A stretch of 64,000 nucleotides of DNA. Origin: Vicugna vicugna. Lineage: Eukaryota. The DNA is taken from NCBI GenBank assembly GCA_013265495.1, contig MU058844.1, positions 7,935,260 through 7,999,259 on the forward strand, given 5' to 3'. The translations under genes were made by a program, and so were the position numbers. Shown here one piece after another: positions 13,226 through 27,459 of this stretch. Numbering within the stretch: the first letter of the stretch is position 1; each line of letters opens with the position of its first letter. The notes under the pieces were generated by a model that searched no databases, was not told the origin of the DNA, and saw only the letters and a list, made by a program, of their open reading frames with translations.

Positions 13226-13251
13226 GTGTGTGTGTGTGTGTGTGTGTGTGT
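13226..13251. repeat. (GT)13 microsatellite
   Basis: Direct reading. Confidence 0.95.
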
Positions 13252-13479
13252 TTAAAAAGAGTGGCCTCTCCATAATAATTACTAGTAAATAACGTCATCA
13301 TATACTTTCCAGGATACAGAAGCAAATGACAACTCATCTCTCCCTGATTTCTCTCCGGATGACTAGCAGCCTGAATTGAAACTGCAGCTCCACCACCAGT
13401 GAGGTGTGTGACTTCAGGCAGACCACCTACCTTCATATAGTCACCTGGCAACTATCTACTAAGCCCTCACCATGGAAAG

Positions 13480-13870
13480 ACCCCCGTGCTGGCGTAATGA
13501 GTGTGATGCTGAACTAAACCTACACAGAACTGCCTTCATGGAGCCTATACCCTTGTGAGGAAAACGAACAAGCAATTCCACCACTAAATAGAGATCAATT
13601 CTGATACGAACTACAAACATGAAGCAAAACTGTAGGGAGCAGATGCTGTTCAGAGCAGGTGTCCCTAGATGATGATGGCCAAGTTGAGGTCAGATGAGTG
13701 AGGAGATATCAGAGATGAGGGAGGTGCAGGCAGAAGCTCAAGTTCCTCAGTCGGGACTGAGCAGAGCATGTGGAAGATCCCGCTAGGAAACCAGGCTGAC
13801 GAGCGCCTGGAGAGCAAAGGAGAGAGAGGTGGGGGACGAGACTGCATAGATCGCTTGAGACCACACGGTG
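13480..13870 (-). mobile_element. L2 remnant
   Basis: CTGCCTTCATGGAGCCTATAC, AAGTTGAGGTCAGATGAGTGAG and CAGAGCATGTGGAAGATCCC resemble L2. Confidence 0.5.
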
Positions 13871-14514
13871 CAGCAGCTGAAGGCCATCTTAGGGACTCAG
13901 TGAATGAAGGGCCCCCTACGTGCTGCCTTTCCCTGGTAGCTTCTCACACTGACAACACCACGCGCACAAGGCAGAAAGCATACTATTCCAAACGGTGGCT
14001 CTAAAACTCATGAACTCTTTCAGATATGCAGAAGGTATATTTGAATAATCTGTAAAATACTTGTAAAGGGAACTGAATAAAAGTAACTTGGTTTGTGTTG
14101 GTTCAAAGTGATGTACCTGTGACATTTGCAAGGTTTTTCTTCTCTCAATCACACATGTGCTCGTGATGTCAAATTTCTCTAACAGTGAGAAGTCATCAGT
14201 TCTGATTTCAGATCTAGAGGCAGTCTTCCTCATCTGAGTGTAACTTTCCATTTCTAATATCTAACAAGAAAGAGCTTGTTAAGCAAATTAATATCGTGAA
14301 GAGGGTTTCCTGGAGGCATATTTAACCTACTTGCGAGGCCAACTACTTTATAATACATGGCTTACATGCAAATGAGAAGCTACTAAATGCAAATTAGTTT
14401 GTTCATTACAATGGTCTAGTAAGGCTCAGAAATACATTATCATTAGTTCAGTCACTGTGATAAAGTTACAAAGCTGCATTTCTATTGAAACTGATTCTCT
14501 ATTTCTTTCACTCA

Positions 14515-15215
14515 TTCATTCATTCACTCAATAAACGTGCTTCTTGGGGAAGTCTTCCCCATCTCAGGACATGACAACTCCATCCTTCTGAAAGTTGCTC
14601 AAGCCCCAAGCCATGGACTCTTCTTGACTTTTCTCTCTTACACCCTACATCAAATCCATCATCCAAAACTGTAGACTCGAGATTAAACATACATGAAAAT
14701 GCAGACACAGACACGCATACGTACACCCACAATCATCTCACTTCTTGAAGAACTTCTTCTTAGTCACCTTTGTAAACTTCACTTCTAACTGGCATTAACA
14801 TGTCAAGTTTGGAAATCACAAAACCTCCTGGTACCTTTCCATGGACCCTAGGTTTAAAACATTTATTCTACGTGTTCTCTCTGGGTTTAAAAAAAAACAA
14901 AAAAAATTCCAAACCTGTATCACTAGCCCTGAACTCTCCTCTAATTTTCAGGCTCATATTCAGTTGCCTGATAGGCATCAAGCACATCCAGTGGTCAAGG
15001 TCAGCGCATTACCTTGCCTATCAGAATGCTCATCCTTCAAGATTCCTTATTTTAATACCAAGTGGCAGAGTCCACTGGCTCACCCAAGCTGCAAACTCCT
15101 CTCTCTTCCTTACTTCCTTGCCCCTATTAAGGAATCATCAAACGCTGCCCATTTGATCTCCTAAATACTTCTCAGAAATGCCTCTTGCTCCCTTCCCTAC
15201 TTACTAGTGCCCTAG
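14515..15215 (+). mobile_element. L2 fragments
   Basis: CCCCATCTCAG..CAACTCCATCCTTC..GTTGCTCAAGCC; TAGCCCTGAACTCTCCTCTAATTTTCAGGCTCATAT. Confidence 0.55.
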
Positions 15216-15826
15216 TGTAAGGGAGCTCAGAGATGTTTTTTTCACTTCCTAGGCCTTAATGTATCTCCTCTTTTGTTCATGCAAGAAGGACAGGAGAGGA
15301 GGTTCCTCTGTAGAGATTTAGCAGCTATAAGCTTAGCATAAACTCATCTACTGCAATCCTTGCTAATTTCTAGACTCTCACAGAAACAAAGCAAACAACA
15401 AGCTGACAACTTATCTATACACAGAAAAGAGTCTAAAGGAAGAGTTATAAAAAATATTTTATTGTCTTTTCTTCCCTGTTTCACATGATACATTTGGGAA
15501 ATAATTCACTGGAGGTCCTGTGCCATTCACTGAACTTGGCAGTTTTGACTCTCGGATACAAAGAAAATGGGAAAATCTGGAGATGTCTGGAGTGTTGTAT
15601 TTGCCTTTTTTTTTTTGTTCTTCTTTTTTTTTTTTTTGGTTAAGTTCAGCCAGGGCAGAACATAAAAATATGTAAAATACCACTTATAGACTTAATTACA
15701 AGAAATTTAGCTGTGCATCTTAGTGTTTGCAAGGATTTTCTTCTCTAACATTGCGTTACTCGATAACTTGCTGAGCTATTCCACATGCTTCTAAGGTAAA
15801 AGAGAATCTGACAGAGGAATGTGCAG

Positions 15827-15854
15827 CACACACACACACACACACGCACACACA
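15827..15854. repeat. Imperfect (CA)n microsatellite
   Basis: Direct reading. Confidence 0.9.
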
Positions 15855-16329
15855 TAGTGATATCTTGAACAGGTAACAGTTTCTAGTATGCCTTCCAAGA
15901 GACAGTGTGGGGATGTCTGAAGCATAACAATACTTCAATACTGAACACATCATATCTTAAAAACGTTCCACGTTACCACCATTACATTTCAAACCAGCGT
16001 GTGAATAGCTGTCTACATAACCATAGGGGGAAGAATGTGTTATGCTTGTATTTAACTTTGCCACTTATCTATTTCTCAAGACAAAGGACATCCTAGCTTT
16101 GCTTGTCTCTTTACAGTCACTGTATTAAATACCACTGGATACTGTTTGACCAAGGGATGTCTGATAGGTGACCCATGAGAAAAGGTTTATTTTTAATCAT
16201 GGCGACAGCAAGAACAGAACATGGATGCTATTTTTATTTAACTGAACTATGCAAAACAATCTATTATAAAAAGAAACATGTATTTAGGAAGATAAAAGTG
16301 ATGAAAACCATATAAATAATACGGTGAAG

Positions 16330-16660
16330 ACTGCTGACTGCTCCCCCAGTACAATCTAGTTTTCCCTTCTTCCTGGGTACAGGGTAGTCAGCTGGGTACC
16401 ATATTCCCCACTTTCTCTCATGGCTGGGCTTGGCCAATTAATGAAGTTCTCACCAAGGAAATGTAAGCAGAATGGATGTGTGTCACCTGCATAAAAGGCA
16501 ATCCTGACCCTGAACTTCTTTTCTTTTGTTCTCCAACACATGAGGACAGAGCCACGCCTGGGACTGGTTGTGACCATGCAGGTGAGGCTAACTCTCTGTG
16601 AGACAGCAGAATGACAGAATGGAAAGAGGAGTCCCTTAGACTCTCTTGGAAGCTGGGAGC
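16330..16660 (+). mobile_element. MaLR LTR fragment (MLT1J-like)
   Basis: TTCCCTTCTTCCTGGGTACA, AAGTTCTCACCAAGGAAATGTAAGCAGAATGGATGTGTGTCACC. Confidence 0.6.
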
Positions 16661-16959
16661 AGCTGGGGCTGCCCTCTGTCTAGGTGAGAATACTGCAAAA
16701 GTATACCTTTTGGGAGAAAACAAGATGATCTCTAAAACACAGTGACAACCATGGAGACGCAGGCCAGTGAGGGATGCGCCAGGAGAAGAACAAGGCTCTT
16801 GAAGAAACAAAGGTGCACTTTCCCAAAAAAGGCTTACAATTTCCATTTCTTCCTTTCCATCCAAACCAATACGTACATGTTGGGACTTACTCCCTCACAC
16901 ATATCCTTCCATCCCCCTTCCTCTATATAAGCGTAAACTCACATGCCATAGTGGGAAAG

Positions 16960-17440
16960 ACAGACAGCTTGATAAGAAGAAAACCCAGTAGAAAATGAGC
17001 AAAAGATATATTAGAGGCAAAAAGATGACTAACAAATGATTAATATATAAAACACATGAAAAGATGTGCTACCACAGTAGTTGTCAGAAAGATGCAGCCT
17101 GAAATAACAAGATAGCAATTTTTATTCTCAGGTTGTTGATAATTAGAGAAGATGGATATTATTCAATCTGGCAGTTGTGCTGGTATAAATGGGAACTGCT
17201 GTATCTTTTGGGAAAATAATCTGACAGTATAGCAACTATTAAAATTGAGAATGTTCACTTTCTTTGACTCAGCAATCATACTTCTAGGAATTTATCAGAG
17301 AGAAGTATAAACAAAATGCTTAAGGAAATATGTAAAAGGAACCCTGCAGCACTGTTTATGACAGCATTTAGAGAGAGAGGAAAAAAAAGCAAATGAAATG
17401 CTCATCAATAGGGTAACATTTGCCAAAATGATGATAACAC
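16960..17440 (+). mobile_element. Old L1 (L1ME-like) ORF2-end remnant
   Basis: AACCCAGTAGAAAATGAGCAAAAGA, ACATGAAAAGATG, TTTGACTCAGCAATCATACTTCTAGGAATTTATC. Confidence 0.7.
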
Positions 17441-17970
17441 CTTAGTGAAGTTTTACTCTTCTTTAGAATGACCTTTGGTTATCCTCCAGCACCTTAAAAT
17501 GTTTCAAGCCCAATACTGGTGTCTCCTGTGCAAAAGGCAGTTTAAAAAGGGGATTGCATGCAAAGCATGCTGGGAGGAGAGCAGTGACAGGAGGGCAAAT
17601 AGGATGTTCTGGGCCTTAGAACAACGCAGGTTTGGATAGAGAAAGGAAGCTTGTAGGACTAGAAACCCCCCACCCACAGCCCCAGACACTTCTGTAAAAC
17701 ATGTAACCATTCTTTGGGGAGAAATCTTGAAATTATATAAAGGGTTAATTCAGTTGCTGAAATCTGTGTATTAAAGGAAATGTGACTTTATTTGGCAGTT
17801 AAGTTGAGGCTTGGAGGTATCTGGGTTATATATATGACCGAATGTCTTTGTTGATTTATCAGCCTTTCAATGAAGCAGAGCAAAGAGGAGCTCTTGGGAG
17901 CGCTGGGTGTCAGAGAAACCTGACGAGTGTGAACTTCATTCCAGAGAGTAATGTGGCGAGATTTACATTT

Positions 17971-18188
17971 TATTTCTTTATTTCTTTAACTGAAGCACAG
18001 TCCATTTACAATGCTGTGTTGATTTCTGGTGTCCAGCATAATGATTCAGTCATACGTATACATACACATGTATCTTCCTTTTCATGCTGTTTTTTCATTC
18101 TAGGCTGTACAAGATATTGAATACAGTTCCCTGTGCTACACAGTAGAAACCTGTGGTTTATCTATTACATGGTAGTTAGTATCTGCAC
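17971..18188 (-). mobile_element. 5'-truncated lineage-specific L1 3' end with 12-bp TSD, inserted into an L2-like remnant
   Basis: Reverse-complement homology to the L1 3'UTR at 23780-23990; AGATTTACATTT at 17959-17970 and 18189-18200. Confidence 0.88.
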
Positions 18189-19865
18189 AGATTTACATTT
18201 CAGAAATATCACTCTGCGGCGACCCCGGGCATGGATCTAAGCAGGAGGCAAACAACTCTGGTTGGTTGGATGGTAGGATCGTTGTGAGGGGCTGTGAGTG
18301 GGCAGTGTGGACAGAGATGGAAAGGGGGAAGGCGGATTTGAGAAATGAAAGAGGGAACGCCTAGCAAAAGGGCGGACTCGGGGCTGCTGTCTGTCTCTTA
18401 CTCAGTGCCTGGGCAGATGATGACACCATTCATAAACTCTGGAAATTCAGGGTGGAAAAGCTAATCTCAGAAATTCATCTTATCCAAAGAGGTTAACTTT
18501 TTGCAGACACCTTTTTGTGATATGTCAGCTGCAAGACTCTAAATGCACAACAATGGAAATGGAACCTTCATATTAAATTACCTCTCAAATGAGTTTTCTC
18601 TCTAAAGGGCACAAACGTGACACTCGTAGCAGGATATGATGTTAAAAGAAAGTACTTCAGTGATTATATTTCATTTGATTTCTCCAACTGTAATTGGTTT
18701 CTTTTCTCCTTCACTCAGCACATGGTTTTAAGTAATTTCTTCAAGACACAGACTAAATTTAGGAAAATATATCTACATTTCCCCTTCCCCTTCTAATGCT
18801 TCTGAAAATTAGAGATTTTAATGCCACACTTCAAACATCTAAATCATGGTAACAGTCTCATAGTGTATTATGACTGAGCATAGTCTTTCCAACCAACCTA
18901 TTAAGAACTTGGTGTGAAACTGGAGGCATAAAAATCGCTAAATATGGGGAGAGGAAGATGCTTTTTCTCTCTCTGTCTTCCATCACAAATTGAATTCGAG
19001 TCCATGAGCCCAAGTTGACTATAATCCTAGGGTGTATGCACTGAATTCTGCAAAGTGTAGGAAGCAGAAAGAAGAGGCACAGAAGCACTAAAAATAACAT
19101 AAAAATCTGCCTTTTTGTTTTTACACTATCAAGCCAACCCCTTGTTCTGCCTTTATCAAGTCACGAAGCATCACTGAAAACCCGAAGAGTCAGCACTGCC
19201 TATGGAAAGGTTGTGACTTAGACGAGGTCAGGATTTGGAGTTGAAAGGGGCTTCTTTGCTCACCACCAGGCAATACTTCAAACTGGGATTCTCATGACGA
19301 GCCAGTAAAGATTTTCAGAATGTAAAATTTAAGGATTTTATGGCTATGTTTTTGTTCTTACACTTCTTACACAGGCATCATGCTGGCTACTGGAAAGCAG
19401 GCGACTGCTCTTTGATTTAGTCCCAGAGGGCTTATTGTGCCAAAGTGATTACTTCGCTTGGCTAAAAGCACATAAAAAATACAAAAAATGTATCTGCTGT
19501 ACTGTGAATTACTTATCTTCTGAAACACCACAGCTAAGAATAGCAATAGTACTGTAAAGTTAATAGAAAACAGTAATAATTACAGTGACATTTATTGAAT
19601 GCTTATGAAGTGACCTTCAATTTTTTCAATTAATTCTCTCACCAACTCTACGCAAAAGATAAAGTGAGGAATTAGTTAATTTGTTTAAGGCAATACAACA
19701 TTTAAGTGGCTGATCCAGAACAAAGGCAAAAGCTTCACTCAGTTTTCTAAGGGAGTGAAAGCACAAATGAGCAGATGTTCCAGAAGAGTCCAAGTCAGGA
19801 AGCACACAGAACGGAGCAATCCAAAGGGTCACTGTTAACACTTAGATTTTAAAACTGAGATGACA

Positions 19866-20070
19866 ATGCTGATGACAGCTAACCTTTGGTGTGTGCTCAT
19901 TACGTTTCAGGCACTATTTTAAATGCTTAAAATCTGTTAACTCCTTGGATTCTCAAGATGATTTTATGATTTAAGTACAACGAATGTCCCATCTGACAGA
20001 AGAGTAAACTGAAAGACTGAGAAGTTAAGAGACAGACCCAAGGTCACAAAGTAAATGGTTTAGCTGGAAC
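19866..20070 (-). mobile_element. MIR
   Basis: CCCATCTGACAGAAGAGTAAACTGAAAGACTGAGAAGTTAAG...CCCAAGGTCACA MIR core. Confidence 0.7.
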
Positions 20071-20119
20071 TGGCTGATGGAAGCAAAGCCAATTAAGAAC
20101 AGAATGCTAGCCTTTAAAC

Positions 20120-20293
20120 TAGGGGTCCACAATCTTACTGCACATTAGAATCAACTGAGGAGCTTTAAAGACTAGGAATGATGGGCTCTGTCTTTGACCA
20201 ATTAAAATCAGAGTGTCTGGTGAGACCCAGGACTCAGTTATGTTACAAAAGTTCCCTGGGCAATTCTCATGCAGCTAGGGCTGAGAACCACTG
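20120..20293. mobile_element. MER5-family hAT-Charlie element
   Basis: CTGCACATTAGAATCAACTGAGGAGCTTTAAA...GGGCTGAGAACCACTG. Confidence 0.75.
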
Positions 20294-21235
20294 TATAACA
20301 CAAAGTCAAGATGACTATTTCTCTCCTCAGAAAATAACATTTGTGCTCAAAGTCAATGGCAAGCAGTAGATTAAAAATTTAGTAGTAAATAAGAGAGCTA
20401 TACCACCATTATCTTAGCTGTGGTTGAAAATTTACTAGCATTGATTGTAAACAAGAATATTATAGATAATTTAAAACACACTTCCAGAGTGAATGTAGAA
20501 TACTGTGTTTATTTAAAGAGTCTCAAAGCCGACTTTCCCATCAGTTTTAACTGGACAGTAAATTTACCCTATTGTTTTCAGAAACAGTTCAGGAATACCA
20601 TGTTAGGAGAGGCCATGCAGGATCTTTTTTAAATTGAGCTCAAACAGGGTTAATTCCTACAGTGTTAATTTCTAAGATGTTAATTTCATTCTGTGGCCCT
20701 ATTTTTCATGGTCCTTTATTTCCAGTATACACAGAGGGCAATATTTTCAAAGCATAAGAAATATTCTCCCTGATTCAAGTGAATACACACCACTAACATC
20801 CCACTGTTTTGTGAACAGAGGTTCAAACAGAATTTCCTAAAGAGAAGTCTGAGATGCAAAACTATGTGTAGCATGATGGAAACTGTCTATGGATTGCCAT
20901 TAAGAAACTAAATAAGTAAAACTCTGCCCTCTCTCTGGGGCAAATAAAAAACCTCCAAGGAAAAGGTAAGGCAGATAAAGGATAATGCTCGGTAAACCTT
21001 ATCCCTCCCTGTTGAGGGAAGTGAGGACAAATACTGACTCCATCAAGACATTTCCTCAAAGGCATAGTTTAAAAAAAATGGAAGCACACTCCTTGGTTTC
21101 CGCTCCTTATTTTTCTTTTCCTCAACCAATGGAACTGATGGAAGAACTAGTAGCAAATGTACATTGTGGAGGGGCTCAAATTGAGTACTCTTTTCCAGTC
21201 ATGATGATTCAATGACCCCAGTACAAACAGTCAGA

Positions 21236-21259
21236 ACACCACCACCACCACCACACCAC
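21236..21259. repeat. (CAC)n short tandem repeat
   Basis: Direct reading. Confidence 0.8.
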
Positions 21260-22774
21260 GACATAGGATTGTAGTCAACATTCCGGTCCCTGCTTCGGCA
21301 AGACCCAAGAGACTCACTGCCAGGCTAGTCAGAGTGATGGCAGGAAAGGGTCTGGGAAAAAGAGAAACTCTCCCTGGAAAGCATGCATGCTAGTTCAGCC
21401 AATTTGTTATTTTTATCTTAAAAATTATTTAACCACAGTCAGGTTTCTTAAAATGAGGCAGTTTCTTTTCTGGAGACTATGGCCTTCCGGCTCATTCCTC
21501 TGGTTGACACAAAACCACGGATGCGCCAGGCTGCGGCTTGTCATATTAGGTCTCTGGCACGTTTGCCCTCTCAGTATAGGTGCCTCACCAGTTTTGCTTT
21601 TTGTGTGTTTGTTTTGGTTTTGTTTTTGTCATTTCCCTTTTCATTGATGCTCTCCTCCTACTGTGGCTCCAAATAACAAAGTAAGTCTTCTACACACAAA
21701 AGCACAGCAGAATAAATCACAAAATCTAGTCTTTTAATTTCCTCATATAACTGACTTATGGGGAGGAAAATGTTTTGGCTTATTATTCTTATCCTAAGTT
21801 TTTTTCACATCTTTCTTATTTTTAGCCTTGAAATATTCGTCATTGCTTTTTCAGAAAGGAAATCTTACATAGTGTAAGTGATCTGTTGAGAGGGAGCTAT
21901 GCCCTTTCGAGGTTCATTTTTTGAAAATCATTGGCCAGTTTTCAATCAAGTCTGAGTGGTTTTATAAATTATATGGATTATAAAATCAGCTTCTACCTTT
22001 CTATTTAGTTTGTGTTTTCCAGCATAAACGTGACGTCAGTAAAGTAGGGATACCATCAGGTCAAGCAAAGAAGTTCAAGGGTTATACTGCTTTTCTAGGT
22101 AAGAATAAATACACTTAAAAATCCAAAATTATACAGCTCTCTAGCAGCTGGTCCAAAGGTTTATATCTATTTATTCTGTTTGATTTGTTGTCACTTCAAC
22201 CATGGGCTGAGTTTCAGAATCTAAATGTATGAACACTTATCAAGAGACCCAACTTTCTGGGGGACTCTGAATTTCCTGAGAGTATGAATTCATTTAAAAT
22301 TAGATGGAGCTCCCAGTTCACAGTGATCACTGTCTCCTGAGACTCAAGCAGACTGACTAGAGAACAGGACTCGGGGATGAGGTGCACGTCAGGGGTCAGG
22401 AGAGATTTCAATGTTCTACCTTCAGTGAGAGCTAAAAATCAACTTTATTCCTGAAAATTTCTTTTTTAAAAAAATCACTGAAATCGTTCTTGAAGTAAAC
22501 CACAGCACAGCCTCTCAACGTGTTCTTGGCAGCCAGTACTGTTGCGTTTGGTTTTACTTCCAGCATTGTAAAAGATCACCGTGTTTTGTGCTGAGCAGCC
22601 CATGTTGTGGTTGGCTTGCATTTAGAGGCTGAGTTTTATTGGGGGAGAGGACATGTTTAAAACAGCATGTTGAAAACACAAGAACCACATTCCGTACTGC
22701 AAGATGTCCACGCTGTGAAAGGACAGGAAGCCAGCACAGACTGAGGGGACAGAAGCTTCCCGGGAGTTCCTTCA

Positions 22775-23160
22775 CAATATTGACTGAGCACCTACTGTCT
22801 TCCGGGCACCACTGTACGTGCTGCGGAAAGCCAAGTACAGAAAACAAAGTCCCTGCCGTCACAGAGCTCATGTTCTAGAGAGCAGAGGCAGATCATGTAA
22901 AGATATAAGAAAGTAGGTAGACTGCAGATGGTGATCAGACCAAGAAGAAAAAGCCCAGGAGGACAGGATAAAAGAGGTAAAGTATATTACTAGTAGTACA
23001 GGGATGTTTGCTATGGGGCAGGACGGGAAGTCTTACTGATATAAGGTGTTATTTGAGCAGACAGTTAAGAAATTGCCAGAGCTAGCCATGGAGGAGAGCA
23101 TGGCAGCCGAAGGAGGGAGTGAGCATGATCATAAATGCCTGGAGGAAGGGAGCATGCTTG
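22775..23160 (-). mobile_element. L2 3' remnant
   Basis: ATATTGACTGAGCACCTACTGT...AAAGTCCCTGCCGTCACAGAGCTCATGTTCTAG. Confidence 0.7.
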
Positions 23161-23248
23161 AGCCTAAGATGGGCAACATCAACTTATTCATTGTTTATGT
23201 GACCTGGCAAATGGAATGGACTTCTTTATTTAAAAATTATTGTCTCTA

Positions 23249-23995
23249 GAAAAGGGAACCCTACTACACTATTGGTGGAAATGGAGTTTGGTGCAGCCAC
23301 TCTGGAAAACAGTATGGAGATTCCTTAAAAAACCAAAAATAGACTTACCCTATGATCTAGCCATGCTATTCCTGGGCATTTATCCAGAGGAAACTCTAAT
23401 TTGAAAACACATGCACCCCAATGTTCATAGCAGCACTGTTTACAATAGCCAAGACATGGAAGCAACCTAAATGTCCAACGACTGACTGGATCAAGAAGTT
23501 GTAGTATATTTATATGATGGAATACTACTCAGCCATAAAAAGGAATAAAATAATACCATCTGTAGCAACATGGATGGACCTAGAGATCATCATTCTAAGT
23601 GAAGTAAGCCAGAAAGAGAAAGAAAAATGACATATGATATCATTATTATTTAGATTATATGTGGAATCTAAAAAATTGATACAAATGAACTTATTTACAA
23701 AATAGAAACAGACTCACAGACATAGGAAAAAAACTTGGTTACTGGGGGGAAGGGGGTGGGAAGTGATAAATTGGGAGTTTGAGATTTGCAGATACTAGCT
23801 ACTATATATAAAACAGATGTACAAGTTTCTACTGTATAGCACAGGGGACTATATCCAGTATCTTGTAGTAACCTATACTGAAAAAAAGTGAAAATGAATA
23901 TATGTACACATATGTAAGACTGAAACATTATCCTGTATACCAAAAACTGATACATTGTAAACTGACTATATTTCAAATAAAAATAAAAATAAAAA
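23249..23995 (+). mobile_element. Lineage-specific L1 3' portion (ORF2 C-terminus, 3'UTR, A-rich tail)
   Basis: Translates as KGTLLHYWWKWSLVQPLWKTVWRFLKKPKIDLPYDLAMLFLGIYP (L1 ORF2 C-terminal motif); G-rich 3'UTR tract; ends (AAAAAT)n. Confidence 0.93.
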
Positions 23996-24054
23996 GTTAT
24001 TCTGTGTTAAGAATACATAGGCAAATTGCTGTAAAGTAAATAATTTAGGACTGG

Positions 24055-24225
24055 CTATACACCAAGCAGTATGCTAAGTGCTCTGTCTGTATTGTTTCAT
24101 GCCCATAACAAACCCTCTGAGGTAGTTTTTATTACCTCCATTTACAGAGTGAGCAAATGAAGCTGAGGGAAGTCCACAACATACTCAAAATCCCAGAGCC
24201 AGGTGCAGGTGAAGCCTGGTTTAGT
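24055..24225 (-). mobile_element. MIR
   Basis: CTCTGAGGTAGTTTTTATTACCTCCATTTACAGAGTGAGCAAATGAAGCTGAG. Confidence 0.65.
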
Positions 24226-26654
24226 CCACTCATGCCATCAAATTCCAATATCACCCACCAGGGCTGGTGAAAATGGCATGATTCCACTGGGACTTCACTA
24301 CACAGACCGCTCTTTCCAAACCAGTGACATCACTGAAGGATGTTATTTACAGCAACACCTAGTAAATAGATGAATTCTATGTGCTACACGTGTCTCATTC
24401 AGGAAAGCGAAACCCCAAGTTTATTTTGTGAAATGTCATGCAGGAAGTAGATATCTTTTTTTTTTTTTAATTCCTGCCACACCATGAGTGGAATACATTT
24501 TAGCCCTAAACATTTAAGAATTTGTGATGCTATTAAGGTACACAAAACATACATTCATGTTTAAGACTTCACTTTTTGACATATAGCATATATAAGCTAT
24601 AGCATGTGGGGTGGGATGGATATAGGTTCCTGAAAATATATTAAAAGAAAAACTTGATACATATTTGAAGGTGCCACACTATATCAAATTTACACTGTAT
24701 CAAGGATCATTTAGCATTACACACTGTGATTTTATGAAAACGTTTAGTTCGAAATAGGCATTCAAAATCTGCAATGATGAATTGCCCCTTGACTGTCAAG
24801 CTTTACTGATGGTGCGTATCATGTTTTGTCACCATTCCTGCCTTCACTGGGGATCCTGACTTGTTCTAAGACTACTGCCAACACTCAACTGGCAGAATTT
24901 TGGTTATTCCCAGAGCCTAGCACGATCAAACACACTTTAAGTGCTATAGCATGCATATATTTGAGGAGGTAATAAATTTCCATTAAAGCAGAGTTGAAAA
25001 TTCAAACCAAGTTTTAAAAAGAATTGAGTCATATAATATCTTCATGCTATAGTTCCTTTTACATAAACAGCTTTACCATATCCAGTAACTTCAGTTTAGC
25101 CATATAAGGAAGTGCTTGGAGCAGACTAATATTAAGGACTGAAAGATCAATTCTGAATTACTCAGTAAGACTTTATACTGTAATAGTCTATTAATAAAGT
25201 TTCATTTAACAGATTAACAACCTACAATCAATTTAGCATATTTCCAAGTAGGTTTTATTTTTTTTCAAGGAATTTGTTAAAGGAGAATATTAATATTACT
25301 TTATTTATATGTGGAGGAATTTTAGATTTCTGTGTATTTAAACATTTTTGCACTGGACATGAAGTCACAATAACCTTAATATACTAACTTTTCCTCAAAT
25401 AGATGTCTAGACCATAATAAACATAGAGTAGAAATAAAATCTGTTGTGATACATCCATTCTACTATAACTCTCATTTAAAGAACAGAAATTCAGTAACAG
25501 CAAAACTTCACAAATAAACTGCCAGATAAGTAAGAACCTATTGTCCAAAGTACCTGGCCTTCCAAATCCTAAACCAACATTGCACTAAGTCATTTTGCTT
25601 GCTTCAGCTTATTAAAGGAAATAAAGTATCTTTAGGAGAAAATGAGAAGCGTATTTACTGCAGTTGTATGAGTCAGCCCAGGGTAACGTAACCAATGCCT
25701 TTCAAGCAATAAGAATAGTACTCTGTTTGATATGTTCCTTGAAGTCCCTAAATATTCTCTGAAGACTCAACATGGTAAATGGTTGAGTTCATGCCTTTTT
25801 AGGCATTGTTGTATGAGCTGTGGAAGATGCAAACTTTCAAGACAAATGACATAAACCACTCATGAAAAAAAAATTAAGACACAATTAAATGCTAAGTCTG
25901 CATCAGCTCCATCTCTGAAAGGGCAGGAATCACATTCTTGGTTCTCATTATATCCCTGGTACCCATTTGAGAAACTGACATAAAATAGGCGCTCTGCTTC
26001 TTCAGCTTGAAAACCTATGTCATTTCACTTTTTGCCAATCAGGGCCCACAGGCCATGTGGCGTGGGGTGGATATAGCTATAACTTGCTGATAGCTATGTA
26101 TAATAGCATTCTTGTGGTTACAAAGAAGAGCACAGCCAGCTGAAACAGATGAAAGCTGTGATTACAAAAATTTAAAAAATAGTATGGCTCTGTGGGAAAA
26201 GACAGTTAAACTTTCTTAAGAAAAAAGGAAAACCACCTTTGGTTTCAGGAATGATAGTGGAAAATGCACTGTATATTTAAGAAAAATAATTTGTCTTACA
26301 GGAAAACTAAATTAATACTGTATTAAGGATTTTTATTCATTTGTTTCTGTAGCTTTTATTAGGATTCCCATATAAACAACCAGTGAAAATTACAAGTGGA
26401 GTCAGAAATAAATTGCAGTACAATAATAGAGTCCATGGGGAAAATCTGGTCATCTTTCATGTGATTAAACAATTAGATAAGGATAGAGTAACTTAGAGTG
26501 GAGAATAAGAAAAAAAAGTGATTGACAGCAGTAGCAGTGTTCTAAATCTATTCATTCTTGAACTTGTTGAGAATGGTCATATCACACTTGCAAAAACACA
26601 GCTTCTATATGTAATTTAAGCGATTATTTTTTTAGTTATAAATTGTTGTAAGCA

Positions 26655-26720
26655 CTATATATATACATTCATATGTATACTTACATATTCATGTATTTAT
26701 ATATTTACATATATTTATAA
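26655..26720. repeat. TA-rich low-complexity tract
   Basis: Direct reading. Confidence 0.7.
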
Positions 26721-27459
26721 AAATTTTGGTAAAGCATTCTAACAAATCTGTTCACAATTGCTTCTCTTTAAAATGCAGCATTTCTAAGCTGAGGAAGTTA
26801 CTTTTAAAATGAAACCAATTTGATGATGGACCATTTCAAACTCTCATCACAAGGTCTTTAATGGCAGCATATTTGCGCTCTTTCAGTTACCACTCACTCT
26901 TCAAAAGGGCAATGTATCATAATACATCATAACACGTCACAATATGTCATAAAGCTCTATTTCTGGGAATTACGTCAGTAGAGATCTCACTTGAGAAAGC
27001 GACACAACAAAAAATGGAGATGAAAACCACAAAGGAATAGTGAGAGTTAGTGAAATATAAATGTCCTATTCTTAAGAAATTGAGTTCTCTATATTTTTCG
27101 ATGTAACCACAATGTGGGATCAGGATAGCGGATAAAACTCGGAATACTGCACCACACTGGCCATTTGTTGGAACTTGGTATCTAAGGAAGTAACAGCTGA
27201 TTTTAAGACAAAGAAAAAAATTTTGCAGCATACACGCTTTTTCCCCTCCTTAAAGATGTCATTATTTTCAGTTATTTTCTAGGGTTTGTTAGCAAAGACA
27301 ATCTTACAGCAATATACTTAAGCAAATTTTTCTTACGTGGATAAAGAGAAACTCTTAATTGTGACATTATCTAGGGACAAGAAGTTTAGCACTGTAACAA
27401 CTCAGTCTGGGGAAACAGTGTTGTCCAGGATGACGCAGATGCTCTAAGACTAAAGGAGA

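Noticed and set aside
23695..23976. Paralogous small proteins sharing SICKSQTPNLSLPT (also 54376..54591, and similar ORFs at 17842 and 32870)
   Set aside because: These are antisense translations of the same L1 3'UTR family.
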